A stretch of 64,000 bases of DNA from the human T2T-CHM13v2.0 reference genome, Homo sapiens. Made by a program: the position numbers and the translations under genes. Where the stretch lies: assembly GCF_009914755.1 (NCBI RefSeq), contig NC_060942.1. One strand, given 5' to 3'. The notes under the pieces were generated by a model that made no database searches, was not told the DNA's origin, and was given only the letters and a program-made list of their open reading frames with translations. Shown here in pieces: positions 13,717-27,592 of the stretch; position 1 is the first letter of the stretch, and every line of letters starts with the position of its first letter.

Positions 13717-15180
13717 CTTGCTACTATCATTTTTAATTGTGGTACTCTACACAAACAAAAATATAAAAAATATATAAAATATATTTGGCCATCAGAACTT
13801 CCCACAAAACAATTTTTTTCCAAAACAAATGGAAAAATTTCCCTTGTCAGCACATTGAAACTTAAAATGGCCCATAGGCTATGTAATTAGAGGAAATGAC
13901 ATTTTATTTGAAAAATGGTGACCAGACTTGAGGCCAGAAATAGATTTGTGTATCTTTTTTTCATGTCCTTTATCACCTTCATAGTTGTTTTGAAAAATCA
14001 ATATGTTTTCAAAACTCTGTTCCAATATGACTTTTACTTTGAAAATATCCAGTATTATCAAGATGTACATATATTAATCTGTTTTTATACAAGAAATTCT
14101 GTTCACAAATTTCAATTTGATCTCACACATATTTATGAGATTCCTCCCCAATCTTTGTGCAAAAATTACATATTCTTACTGTTCTGAGAGATATTACATT
14201 AAGAAACACATCTTCATTGGAAACTTACATTCCATATATAAAAAATCTTTCCTTTTATGTGGGGTGAATTTATCCGTTATTATCATAATGTATCCATTAT
14301 TTTATCTTCCCTAGAAATTACTACATACTTTTATACTTCCATTATGTCTGCCTTGATTCAGCCCCACAATGATCTCTTCAATGTGTGTAGTTAGACATTA
14401 CAATTACAATAAGGAGGGTATTAAATATCTTTGGCATCTGCATGCTGATTACTATTAGGCCCTGGACATGTGGGCCAGTGTTGGTTTTCATAATATGTAC
14501 ATGTCAGTAGCAGGTGGCTAGTTTAGACACATTATTCTTTTATAAAGGTGCAATACTTGCTCTCATTGAACATGCCAAGTCCCACAAAGGGGGCCTGCAG
14601 TAAATGAAGATTAGAGCCAAGCGTAAACACATCACCATGACCTCAAGCTTAAAAATCTGCTAGTTCAGAGGCTATCAATTAAAAATAATAATTTTCTGTT
14701 TCCATATAACAAACATATGCTGTGTATTTTCAGGGGCAGACATAAACCACAATGGTTGTAAAGCTAGAATCAGACACATTAATATGTATTATTCCCAATG
14801 ATTCTACTAAAAATTACAGGAAATTTCCTGCCTTTATTCTTGTCCAAGTGATTCCTTGCAGACCCACACACTTTATTTAAAAAAATTATTCTAAATGGTT
14901 CGATGGAAAGTTCTGCAATATTTTCTCAGTAACTCAATGAATAGGCAAAGAAGCAAAATTACTTAAGATACTTGTTTTGGTCAAATTACTTAAGAAAATT
15001 AACTTTAAATTTTAAGTATTTCATCAAACTACATGTCTGTACACATAATACTTCTTCAATGGTTTAAGTAACCATATCAGTAATAAAAGTCCATCGATAA
15101 TTCATTTCAAATATTAGAATACTTTTGACAGTTGTTTTCTTTATGGTGCCATCAAACTCAATCAAAAGCTTTAAAAAAAA

Positions 15181-15245
15181 CAGGAAGGAAGGGAGGTAAG
15201 AGGAAGGAAGGAAGGAAGGAAAGAAATGAGGGAGGAAAGGAGGGT
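15181..15245. repeat. (GGAA)n-rich purine tract
   Basis: Seen directly; imperfect. Confidence 0.85.
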
Positions 15246-15933
15246 TGGTTGGCTTCTGGTAGATTATACAATTTTATTTCATTTTCCTTTGCTCAATAGC
15301 CTCACTGTATTTGAAAGTGTTAACTACCCAAGTTTCAGTATGTTGTTATCTCACTAACGGATACAATACTAGCCACCTTCTGCTGACCATTTGCTACGTT
15401 CCAGACATACATTTAAAACTTTCAGTTGCCCTGTGATGTTTTCTCTGTTTTACAGAAAGGAAATTGAAGATTAAAGTCCAGGCATCACACGTAAGAAAGT
15501 GGAAGAACTGGCTGACACTGAACATGTGCTCTTACACATTGTAATTCCATTTCAGATCTTTTTCAAAAGCAAAACAATTTTCTGAAATGGCTACTTTGTG
15601 ATTCTGGTTCTAAAAACGTTTATCTTTTATTTTAAAATTTCAAACACATCTATACTTGCCCAAAGTCATATTTAAATCTTTAGGACAGATTAACTTTTTT
15701 ATTTTTTTCTACAGTAATAAAATATTTAAATTAAAAATAAATTCTTTATATAAAAGAACACTTATTCAATAGCAAGGTGTGAAGGCAGACTTGTGTTAAG
15801 ATGTATCTTTATCAGTTGACATTGTATACCTTTGGCCTTAAAGTCAACTTAATAATTGCTTTCAGAATTTCAGTCAAAGACCCCATCAGCTTAATACAAA
15901 CAAGCAAAAACAACACAGAAATACAAATTCTAC

Positions 15934-16413
15934 TGTGGTCAAATAAATAATGGCTCTCCAAGTTGTCCACATCTTAGTCCCACATCCTGTGAATGTTACT
16001 TTATATGGAAAAAGGGATTTCGCAGGTGTGAATAAAGATTTCAAAATGAAGAATTATTCGGGATTATCCAGTTAAGCCCAATGCAATAACAAGTAAAGAG
16101 AGATGGAGACTGAAGGCACAGAGGTGATGTAACAGCAAATCACAAAGGCACACAAAGATGCTACTCTGGTGGCTCTGACAAAGTAGAAGGGCTATGAGCC
16201 AAGAAATACTGCTCTAGAAACGGGAAAAGGAAGGAAATGTACTCTACACTGGAGCCTCTTATGGGGCAGCAGCCTTGCTGACACCCTGGTCTCAGCCCAG
16301 TAAAACCTGTTTTAGGAATCCGCACTCCAGAAGTGTAAGATAATAAAGTTGTGTTATCTGATGCTTCTAAACATATGCTAATTTGCTACAGCAGCAATGG
16401 GAAACTAAATGCC
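15934..16413 (+). mobile_element. MaLR solo LTR (MLT1D-like)
   Basis: tgtggtc...aataatggc...gtccacatcttagtccc...tgtgaatgttactttatatgg, ending aataaag...taatttgctacagcagcaatgggaaactaa. Confidence 0.82.
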
Positions 16414-16999
16414 AAGTAGCAGATTTCTCAGGCAATCTGACTTTGACTAACCAGCCTTCTGCCAAAGTGGCCGTCGCTGTACAGCGCGGCAAGCAGGGAC
16501 AGGAGAGGGCAGTGATGAGAAACGTTAAGATGAGACTGCTGATGGAGAGTGGCAGTTTCCAGCCAGGATACCCTGACAACTCGTGTCATAATTAGTCCTG
16601 GAATGAATCCAAGGCTACATTTTTTTTCTAATTATTATCTGTCTTTAAGTTACCAAAGTGAATTCAAGGGTGTACGCACTCATATCAAGGGGAGAGAAAG
16701 GCCAATACTGTATCTGGTGGGCTTACCGTCAGGATCTGTCATGCAGTAAGTCAGTCATCAGTTGAATGTCTCTCGGAAGATAAATGGTGGAGAAATTCTA
16801 TTACAGAGCAGAGTTATTATTTAGTCTGAAAACAACATGTCAGTATATGGCAATGTGATATCCTCGAAAACTGTATTAAAACTCTACTGATGGGTTCTTT
16901 TCTGATATTATAGATGAGTCAATTAACCCAACATAGAAAATAATGTACATACTCTTGCTTTCCTAGACTTAATACATCTTTTCAGAAATTCCTATTTGT

Positions 17000-18050
17000 T
17001 GCTTTGTAAAAAAGTGTTTACCAAACCAGTACATATTTATTTTAGAAAAATTAGAAAATACAGGCAAAAATATCGTCACCCAAATATAACCATTAATATC
17101 TTCATCCCATTGTCTTTTACATATATGTATTACATATATAATAGATGACATGTATTAAATGTTTATCCCATGTAGTTACAAGAGTATAAATGTAATGTAC
17201 ACGTGTTCGCTACTTGCTTCTAACCTCTTGTTTCTTAACACAGTAAAATATCAGTATCAATCTACCACATCATCTTAATAAAGAGTATATGTACATTCCC
17301 AGAACCATTTAACCAATCTACTTAAGCATTTTTCCATGCTTATAAATATGGACTCATCAGCAGTATATATTCCTAGAGGTAGTATTTCTGATTCAGAGGT
17401 GATATTCTATCTTTGTTCCCTATTTTGGAATTTTTATATATACTGCTAAATTGTCCTTCAGGAAATATTTTGTTTCCTATAAGCAGTGCATATGCTTTTA
17501 TTTCAAGATTCCATCTCCAACATTATTTCATATTTTTAACATTTTGATAGATGAAAATGACTCATTAAATTATAAATTTATGTATTTGTTTACTAATATG
17601 TTTACATGTTTGCTTCTTATGCTTACAGGGTATTTATGCTTCTCTTATGAATTAATTATGCACATTTTGGCCCCATTTTCTATTAGAATGCTTATCTTTT
17701 TCTTATTTTTGAATATAATCATTATTTTTTATAAGATACAAATATGTACCTGTTGCCTGCTGTTGTCTTACCAATTATTCTCCAGGTCAACTTTTCCATA
17801 TTTATTTTGATTATGATGTTTCTGTATTAATAACTATTTGAAATGTATGTATATTTGAATATGGTGATTTTTTTCTTATCAATAGTGTGCTTTATGTATA
17901 TTTTAGGAAGACCTGCCAATATTTAACACACATTCAGCAATTTTCTCAGCATATGTTGTGTATTGTTTATATTTAAATCTGCACCATCTGGTATTTATGC
18001 TACTATATGACATACATAAATAAATATTTCCTATATTAGTAAAGTGGTCT
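17000..18050 (-). mobile_element. Very old L1 (L1ME-like) 3' fragment
   Basis: T-rich, with 'tatattcctagaggtagtatttctg' and 'cacattttggccccattttctattag' similar to the antisense L1 ORF2 3' region. Confidence 0.6.
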
Positions 18051-20159
18051 TAATCCTTTTAAGATACATCAATCATGGCAATTCACAAGGTGGCGGCATT
18101 AAGATTTATAGTAAGACTTCAATTTACACTTTGGCCTAAGTTACGGTTGGTAACACTGCTTTCTCCAGTACATAACATTTTCTTTTCGTGGTGAAATATA
18201 TAGTGAATAGAATGTCTTTTGATCTTAGTATTTACACCAAACTTGTAAATTGTGTTTGGCCTTGCTTATTCTAGAGGAAAAACTAAACAGTGTTGTGAAA
18301 TATTAAGAGAGAGGATTTACATTTTTAACTCCCTCTTCTCTTTGATTCTTTAAAATAACTCTAAATTGGAAAATGTGTTAATTTATTTTTCCATAACTAA
18401 CAAAGTTATTTAAACTCATCCCATTTAAATCTGAAAGAAGTTAAAAAGGATTAAAGTAAGTTGATTATTTTGAAGATATTTTGGTGTTTAATCTCAGAGG
18501 GTTATTGAGTTATAATTTATAATTTTTTCCCTTAGGATCCATTAAATTTAGTTACTGAGATTATATGACAATTTTACTTAGTTATTACAAAATTAAGAAT
18601 TTGCATTATCCAAGACAGAATGAAAATTATGTGAACAAAAGGCAGATGGCAGGCTATATCTTGTTCTAGACAGGAAAAGATAATAAAACTGAACAGTGAA
18701 ATAAAATCAATCACTGTGTCAGTAGAGCAAATATCCAGCTAACGTAAACAAACGCTGCAGAGAAAAACTACACACAAAGAGAATTAGGCTTCTTAGAGTA
18801 CAACCTTCCGTGGGTAATTTACTAAAATAAATGAGGGAGTATGTGGTGGGAGTGTGGCACAGAATACCAGATATAAATGAACATCTGAAGTGAGTCACAC
18901 ACTTGAGTTGAATCTGAGTTAGTGTGGAAGTGCGGTGCCTTCAGAGAAGCAACCATCATATTCATCTTCGAGCCATCCATGCCTGGAAAGTTTAATGAAG
19001 GAATAAAAGAATGAAAGGAGGAATATAAATATGTATCAAAATGAAAAGTTATTAATGATTAGGCTAGTGGAATCTCAACTTTTAGTGTCAATCTGATGCT
19101 GGAGTGATTGTTTCCTACAATTACAGTATATCTTGCCCCATCTCCTGAACTACCGAAAGTAGGACTAGTACTATATTAATAAATAGCAATATATTAAAAA
19201 TGTTTTTAAGTAATATGTTAAAATTGATATTTGGATCATCCATTACATTGAAAAAACCCACATCATTGCAATAGGAATACTATGCATTATTTTCTACTGC
19301 TGAGTCACAAATTATCACAAATTTACCCACCAGCTTAAAACAATATCTTTTTATGATCTCACAGTTCTGTATGTCAGAAGTCCAGGCAGGGCTCAATTGG
19401 GTTCTTTCCTTTGGGTCTCTGAAGGCTAAAATCAAGAGTCTGTCTGGATTGGGTTCTCATGAAAAATGTGGAGGCCTCTTCTAAGTTTGTTCAAGTTGTT
19501 GGAATGTTTCAGTATGCTGGAATAGTAGAACTGAGGTCCCCACTTTCATGCTGACTGGCAACCTGAGGACATTCTCAGCTTCTAAAGATTGCTCAAAATT
19601 CCCCACCACGTAGTTCTCTGTATAATATGGCAGGCTGCTTCTTTATGGCCAGGTGGAGTGTTCACTACAGTTAAAAATCTCTGATTTCTTTCATCTCTAA
19701 CCATTAGATCTTTATTTAGCTGGCTCAGACCCACTAGGATAGTTTCCTGTTTAACTCAAAGTGAACTGATTGGGGACTGTGATTATAAAGATCCCAAGAG
19801 TATAACCCCATGACCCCATGACATAAAGTTCAAATCTCATCTAAGTCTCATCGGTTCAAAGTCCAGAGTCTCCTTGTTTGAATCATCTAAATCTGGTGCA
19901 GACCCTGGGGGTACAGTTTCTCTCCGTGTATGGGTTCATGAAACTAGAGACAAGCTGTCTGGCTCCAACATTCCCAACACAGTGGTGGGAGAGGCATAGA
20001 ATTCTAGTCCAAAAAAGGAAGAATGGAGAATAAACAGGAGTAATGAATTCATAACAGTTCTGAAGTCCATCAGGGTAAACTCAAATTCTTCTTGACTACT
20101 CTGTTGCCCTTGGTTCTGTTCTCTGAGACAGCCTTTCTTTCTCATGGAAGGTGGCATAT

Positions 20160-20254
20160 ATATATGATATACACGTGTGTGTATCATGTACACACACACA
20201 TCTCTCTATATATATCTATATATATATATATATATATATACAGATCTCTATATA

Positions 20255-20326
<72 letters not shown>
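20160..20326. repeat. Compound (TA)n/(TC)n/(TA)n microsatellite
   Basis: Seen directly. Confidence 0.95.
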
Positions 20327-20328
<2 letters not shown>

Positions 20329-20930
20329 TTTCATCAGATTGATCATGCTGTGAGAATTCTGGCATTCCAGTATTTCTGGTACTCTGTCTCTTCCTGTCCA
20401 AGTTCACAGTATTTCTGCTGAGGAAATTAGCCTACACCTATAACATTTAGCTCAGTAATTTACTTAGCTACATAGCCTATATTTAGCCTATATTAGTAAC
20501 TTACTAATTCTGTTTCCCACCTACCTGCAGAACACAATTGTGCTAGGCTTTCTGCTATTACAAAACAGGGATTCCCCCCTCTCCCAGTTCCTAATAACAT
20601 ATTCCTCCTCACTTGCATCTGAGTCATCACCTGTAGTTCTCCAAATCCAGATTTCTACTAACCACCTGTCCAAGGAAGCTTGGGCATTTTTCTCTCAAGT
20701 TCTTCAATTTTAGAGAGCTCACCTGATTAGGTCAGGTCAACCCAAGATAATCCCCCTTCTTTTGATTAAATCAAAGTCAATCAAGCTTTAAGAGCCTTTA
20801 TATACATCTGCAAAATAAGTTTTCACAGAGAAAGAATGTAAGTTAATAACCAAATGATATCCCAGGCTATTCACAAGTTCTGACTGTCTCAAGAGGAGGG
20901 GATTACATAAGCGTTCTACACCAAGAGTTG

Positions 20931-21289
20931 TGATATTGTATGGCTCTGTGTCCCTACCCAAATCCCACTTTGAATTGTAATAATCCCCAGGTGTCAAGCG
21001 CAGGAACAGGTGGAGGTAAATGAATCATGGGGTCAGTTTCCCCCATCCTGTTCTCACGATAGTGAGTGAGTTCTCAGGAGATCTGATGGTTTTATAGGCG
21101 TCTCACAATTATTCTACTGGCATGCATTCTCTCTCCTGCTGCCCTGTGAAGAGGTGCCTTCCGCCATGATTGTGAGTTTTCTGAGGCCTCTCCAGCTATG
21201 TGTAGCTGTGAGTCAATTTAACCTCTTTTCTTGATAAATTACCCAGTCTTGAGTATTTCTTCCTAGCAGCGTGAGAACAAACTAATACA
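20931..21289 (+). mobile_element. MaLR solo LTR (THE1C/D-like) nested in an MLT1 LTR
   Basis: tgatattgtatggctctgtgtccc...gagaacaaactaataca; TSD agttg / aggtg (one mismatch). Confidence 0.9.
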
Positions 21290-23442
21290 AGGTGAGAATG
21301 TCTTGGTTCATCTCAGAATCTGCCTTCCACAGAGTATTTCAACTCAGTTTTTGGAACTTAAATGTTACTGTATGTATATTTCTTTATTACAAATAAATCT
21401 AATTATTTATTTATAATAATATAGACAAAAGACTTGATAGTCTTTTGTCACGAGTTAACATAAAACTAAATGCATTATCTCATTTTAGCAAATTATTGTA
21501 AATAAATTCCATACGACCATAATGTGGACAATTTGTTTTTTCCTCTTCTATTTTATATGTCTGTTTTTAACAGAAATATGCTATTCATCAATCAAATATT
21601 AAGTGATTCATATTTTATGGTGCAAAAGTTGTAAAGAAGAGCAGAAGAGCAGCTAAATGCAGAACTTCAGAAATCAAAACTAGTTATAACTCATTCATCC
21701 ATTCCAGTTACTGCAAATTCATATTCTAAACAAAGAATAAGATTGGCTCAGAAAACTTAGCAGGTGATTTATTTGAATGGGCGTATTCCACGAAGGTCTC
21801 TGTTTATTCATATTGGGCAGTTATTCAAATACACAGTCCTATCATAATTGGTTATGAATTATCTATGTGTATTCAAAATTAAAATTATTCTAAATATAAT
21901 CATTCCTTTAAAATTAGTAATTCTTTAGAGTCAATAAATTTTCAAAAAAGATGCCAAAGTATAAAGCTATAATAATATAAGAAATCTTAAATTGAGTCCA
22001 TAAAGTAAAATACGGCACACTTCTAATAATCAATGTAAGAATTATCCAATGTATGGCATATCTCAAATTGGATGAATTCTTTATCGCAAATATGTTTCTT
22101 GGTATTTGTGGCTTCTTCATCTATGAAACTAAATTAATTACTGATTAATTAATTGTTTTTACTGTTAGCCTCAAAATACATTTAAATGTTAAACAAATAC
22201 TCTTTCTTAAAGAATATATGCTAAAGATAATACTTAAATGTTTTGTCTTCTTTTTTGGATTACTCATGCATGTGCTCTTCTCCACCGGGTAAATTGTAGA
22301 CTAAACATTTTGTGTGATTCAAATGCAAAGTGCCATTTAGCTTATTACTAAGCCTACCATCTAGTCAAGAAGAGAGTTCTCTTTAGGTGATAATATTGAT
22401 TTTCTTTGTCTTGTCCCTGGGTTTCAAAATTGCTTTATAGGATGAAGTCTGTATATTATTTTTCTGAAGCAAAAAAATGAAGTTTAGCTGGGCAACCAAC
22501 AGCCTTGTGATGCCATAAATCAGGGCAGCAATCTTTGACAACACTGAAAGAGGCAGAGGTGAAGAGTTAGCAAAGTCGGTCGAGGCAGCAGTATTATACC
22601 TATGGGAGCAAGCTGCAGAGGTGGTACTTCTCAAGCCTAGTAGCAAGTAAATACTTACCCTTTTCAGTGCCCTTATGCTCTCCCCTTTACTGGCATTAGA
22701 TAAATTTTGTTAGAAATATTGGCATTTAACACAAGCTTTATAAAATGCTTCTAATGTGCACTTGCAAGTTAAACGTCTGCTGAATTTTTTAGTAAGAACT
22801 TCATACCTCCTTTATACACTCATTATTTCCTTTTCCTATAATTTATTCAGATACAAATGTAAAAATATGATGGCTAAAAATGCATTCATATAGTCCCCAA
22901 AATAGCATGTTTCAGAATAGAAACCTCTCGTTATAGTGTACTTTTGTCTTAATACTTGAGAGCCATGTGAACGTGGCATGCTATATGATTATGGTGTGAA
23001 AGCACAGTATGTAGGCATAAAATGCAGTGGATAGGACAGAAGAATCAAAATTCAGTCTGTAATCACTCAAAACAATGCTGACATATGAGAATAACTGTTA
23101 TCTATTTTCATAATCATTATCATCATCATCCTCTTTAGAGCATTCGAGCTCTGTCTCAGAAGTGCCTCAAAAGTAGTAAAGATATTCACAAGAGAAATCA
23201 TGGATTAGGAGTCAGGTCTTTAATTCTTGCCTCAGTTCTGTTAACAAATCATTAAGCATGGGGTTAAGTATGTGTGGGGAAAGTCAATTAACTTCAATGA
23301 ACCCTTTTTTTTTCTGTTTGAATTCAGAAAATGTGAAAAATTGAAATAGACGCTCTCTAAACTCTCTTCTAACCCCTGAAAATATCCTATGGTCCTATCA
23401 CAAGCAATTTTTAGAGATATTAGGATATTATCAAATATGCTC

Positions 23443-23897
23443 TGTCTTGTTTCAATTTCTGTTGCTATAAAGGCATACTGGGGTAGTTTATTTCCCAAAA
23501 AAACAAAAAATAAAAAAAGACGTATGTAGCTCAGAGTTCTACAGGCTGAGAAGTTCAAGGGCATGGCCCTGGCTTTGGGCGAGGGATCTCATGCTTTGTT
23601 GCAACACAGTGGAGAGTTTCCAAGGGGAAGTGGCTATGTGCAAACAGGAGCTGAAAAACCTGAGGGACGTCCTGGCTCTATCATAACCCATATCGTAGAA
23701 ACTAATCCATTCCTGAGCAGATAAATTCAGTCTTTTGAGAGTGAGAACTCACTCATTACCAGAACAACATCAAGCCGTTAGGTATTTGTCCCCATCACCT
23801 AAATACATCCCACAAGGTTACCCCTCTCAATACTACCACACTGGGGATCAAATTTCAACAGGAGTATTGGTGGAGACAAAGAAACCAAACCATGGCA
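23443..23897 (-). mobile_element. MaLR solo LTR (MSTB/MSTC-like)
   Basis: tgtcttg...ggggatcaaatttcaaca...ccaaaccatggca; exact 5-bp TSD tgctc at 23438-23442 and 23898-23902. Confidence 0.85.
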
Positions 23898-24588
23898 TGC
23901 TCTTAGTCCATTTGCGCTGCTCTAAAAATGCCATAAAGGGAGCAGCTTATGACCAACAGAAATTTACTTCTCACTGTTTTGGAGACTGGGAAGTTCATGA
24001 TTAAGGCACCATCAGATGTGGAGTCTGGTGAGGGTTTGCTTCCTCATGGAAAACTATCTTGAACTCTCACATGGCAGAAGAGGTGAAGGGTTTCTCTTGG
24101 GCCTCTTTCATAAGGGCACTCATCTCACTTATGAGGGCTCTGCTCCATAATGTAATCATTTCCCAAAGGTCTAAACTCCTAACATCATCACCTTCGGTAG
24201 GTGCAGATCTCACCATATATATTTTGAGGTGACATAACCCTTCAGACTAACCCTAACGCTAACTTCTTCCCCCAAATCCTTGACCTTCTCACATACAAAA
24301 TATATTCATTTTATCCCAATAGCCCTAAAAGTCTTAACTTGTTTCAGTGTCAATTTAAAACTCTAAGTCCAAAATCTCATCTAAAGCAGGTATGAGTGAG
24401 GCTCCTTATACATTCTGAGGCAAATCGTTCTTACGCTGTAAATCTGTGAATGAAAATGTTATGAACCTTACAAAATAAACGATGGGACAGGCATAGGACA
24501 GTCATGCCCAGTCCAACAGGGAGACATAAGAAAGAAGCAGCAGGTCCCCAGCAAGCCCAAAACCTTGAGGCTCAAGAATCATTTTCTT

Positions 24589-24912
24589 GGCCAGGCACAG
24601 TGGCTCATGCCTGTAATCCCAGCACACTGGGAGGCCGAGGCATGTGGATCACCTGAGGTCCAGAGTAAGCAACCAGCCTGACCAACATGGTGAAACCCAG
24701 TCTCTACTAAATACAAAAAAATTAGCCTGGTGTAGTGGTGTATGCCTGAAATCTCAGCTACTTGGGAGGCTGAGGCAGGAGAATAGCTTGAACCCGGGAG
24801 GGGGGAGGTTGCAGGGAGCTGAGATCGCACCACTGCACTCCAGCCTGGGCAAGAAGAGCGAAACTCCATCTGAAAAAAAAAAACAAAACAACAACAAAAA
24901 AAAAACAAAAAA
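24589..24912 (+). mobile_element. Alu (AluSp/Sq-like)
   Basis: ggccaggcacagtggctc...ctgggcaagaagagcgaaactccatc plus A-rich tail. Confidence 0.95.
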
Positions 24913-25239
<327 letters not shown>

Positions 25240-26649
25240 CTATCCTTTAAACACACTGGGGTAGAGGTCTACCCAACTGCTTTTCTGGGAACAGCCACAG
25301 CCTTCGTAGGTTGAAGTCACATATCCCTGTCTCTAAAGGTCTTGACCTGGGGTGGCCCCACCCCATGATTCGGTTTGCCATTGTTAGTGGGGGCTCTCTG
25401 CAGTGCGCCCCCTTGCAAATACTCTCTGTCCGGGTTCCAAGCATCCTTTGAAACATAGGTGAAGGCAGCCATGCCCCCACAGCTTTGCTGATCAAAATGT
25501 GCACCCTCCACTTGGTGCAGTGAGGAAGACTACTGCCAGAAAGTGCCGGGTTAACAGTTTGAGATACGAGGTAGTGGTGGACAGTGGTTTTTCTCCTTCA
25601 ACTCATTCTGTCCCCCTAAACACTGGCCCTCTGGAGCTGAGATGAGAGGCAGGCGCAGTGATCTCTGACATACCTTCAGTGTCATCCTTCCACTGACTTC
25701 AGCAATAGGTCCTGATTTCCACCGAGTTGGCCAATCCACACTTATTTTATCAGATGCCTGCCTGGCTACACCTTTGGTGTTTTCTTGTAAGCATGTTTTC
25801 TCATTCTTTACAATATGAATAGGCTGAGAATTTTCCAAATCTTTAATTTTTGCTTCCATTTTTATTAATAATTGCATCTCTAAATCTTTTCTTTCTTCTT
25901 GAATTTTATGACAGGCAGTCAGGAGTCAAACGTTCTTTCAACACTTTGCCCGGACATTTTCTCAGCAAAATATCCAATTTCATCCCTCACAAGCAATACC
26001 TTCCACAAAACACGAGAGCATAAACACAATTCTGCCATATTCTTTGCCAATTTATAACAAGGATGAACTTTCCTCCATTGTCTAAAAACATATTCCTCAT
26101 TCCCATTTGAAAGCTCATCAAAACGACCTTACTATTTATATTTCTATAAGCATTCTGTTCAGAATAACTTAGGAATTATCTAACAAGATTCTCCTCCTCC
26201 CCTTCTGAGCCCAGACCAGGATCAGCCTTAATGGTCTTGTTCATGGCAACGTAAATGTTTTCTAGCACCTCAGAACTCCTCCAGCCTCTACTCATTACCC
26301 AGTTCCAAAGCCACTGCCACCTATTTTGAGGTATTTGTTAGAGCAACATCCCCACAGATCAGCATAAATTTTCTATGTATGTCCACTTGGGCTGCTAGAA
26401 CAAAATACCATAGACTAGATGGCTTGTAAACAACATTAAAAATTCCAACCTCTTAGTTTTGAAGGGACATAACATTCAGGCACCAGCGCGCTCGAAGCAC
26501 TTCACCACTGAACTGGGGATACTATTTCATAAATGTGTAGGCACCAGGAAAAATATCCAGGTACTTTCTTATTACTTGAATAAGACGAAAGCTGATCACT
26601 GATTTTATATCTCCAACTTTTACTTCATGGGTGTATGAATGGAGTAAAT

Positions 26650-26820
26650 GTTAGATAATACATATAACTATATATACATCTATAAGGCACATATTGGATG
26701 TGTATAATTATATATTAGACATATAGTTACATATTAAATGTATAATTATATATTAGATTATATATACACTAATATACATTAATGTAATTGTATATATTAG
26801 CCATATATAAAAAATATATG
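26650..26820. repeat. AT-rich degenerate tandem repeat
   Basis: Recurring tgtataattatatattag motif about every 40 bp. Confidence 0.75.
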
Positions 26821-27222
26821 AATAGTCTGTTTAACTATCACCCTCTACAAGAACCAAAATCATCAGCCACAACAAAAATGTAAGCCAAAATTCTCCCTCA
26901 GCCACTAATATTGAATAAAGCAATACCACTGAGGAACTTGAAACTCCCTAAACAAAGTATCTTTGCTTCCTCTTAAGTACCCTTAGAATGATTCCTACCC
27001 ACCCATTTCCAAGTAGTAGCACTGATCGAAGCCCACTTTCTATTGTTTTGAAGTTTTCATCTCTTACGTGGAATACTTTCACTTCAATGAATAAAGACAG
27101 TCTAGACCCATGTACGTCATCATAGGATGACTTTGATCTTAGGTATAAATAATGGTAGAATTCTGCATAATTTTAGCCAATGCAATAAAAAGTAAAACAT
27201 TATGACAAATATACACAGGCAT

Positions 27223-27592
27223 CGTCTGAGTCTGTTTGGGTTACTACAGCAAACTACAATAAATTAGGTGGCTTATAAAAAACAGGGTTTTGTTTCCCAC
27301 GGTTCTGGATGTTAGGAAGTCCGAGATCAAGGTGCTGGCAGATTTGGTGTCTGTTTAGGGCCCATCTCCTGGTTCACGGATGAAACGTTCTAGCTGTGTT
27401 CTCACCTGGTGGAAAGGGCAAGGCTGCTCTCTGGGCCCTCTTTATCATTAGAGGACCAACACCTATGATGAGAGCTGTACTTATGAGCTAATCACCTCTC
27501 AAATGCCTCACCTCCTTATCCCCTCACCTTGGCAACTGGATTTTGAACACAGGAATTTTTGAAGGGGCGCCACAGAACCATTCAGACCAACA
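27223..27592 (-). mobile_element. MaLR solo LTR (MLT1A-like)
   Basis: 'ggtggcttataaa...ggaagtccgagatcaaggtgctggcagatttggtgtctg...ctaatcacctc...cattcagacc'. Confidence 0.82.

Larger units (their letters stand above)
19283..21331 (-). mobile_element. Decayed MaLR (MLT1E-like LTR, internal fragments, partial LTR), interrupted by a microsatellite and a THE1 LTR
   Basis: MLT1-type LTR end at 19283, internal-like sequence about 19800-20700, LTR remnant 20715-20930 resuming at 21290-21331 (...tcagaatctgccttccaca). Confidence 0.7.

Noticed and set aside
22650-22665. Consensus donor AGG|GTAAGT on the minus strand as a cryptic exon end
   Set aside because: No convincing upstream polypyrimidine tract and AG at exon distance.
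24247-24263. Telomere-like ctaaccctaacgctaac
   Set aside because: Fewer than three imperfect units at an LTR junction; compatible with chance.
25551-25877. 108-aa ORF as a novel gene or NETO1 exon
   Set aside because: It lies in MaLR internal sequence and resembles the MaLR ORF relic; no supporting splice sites identified.
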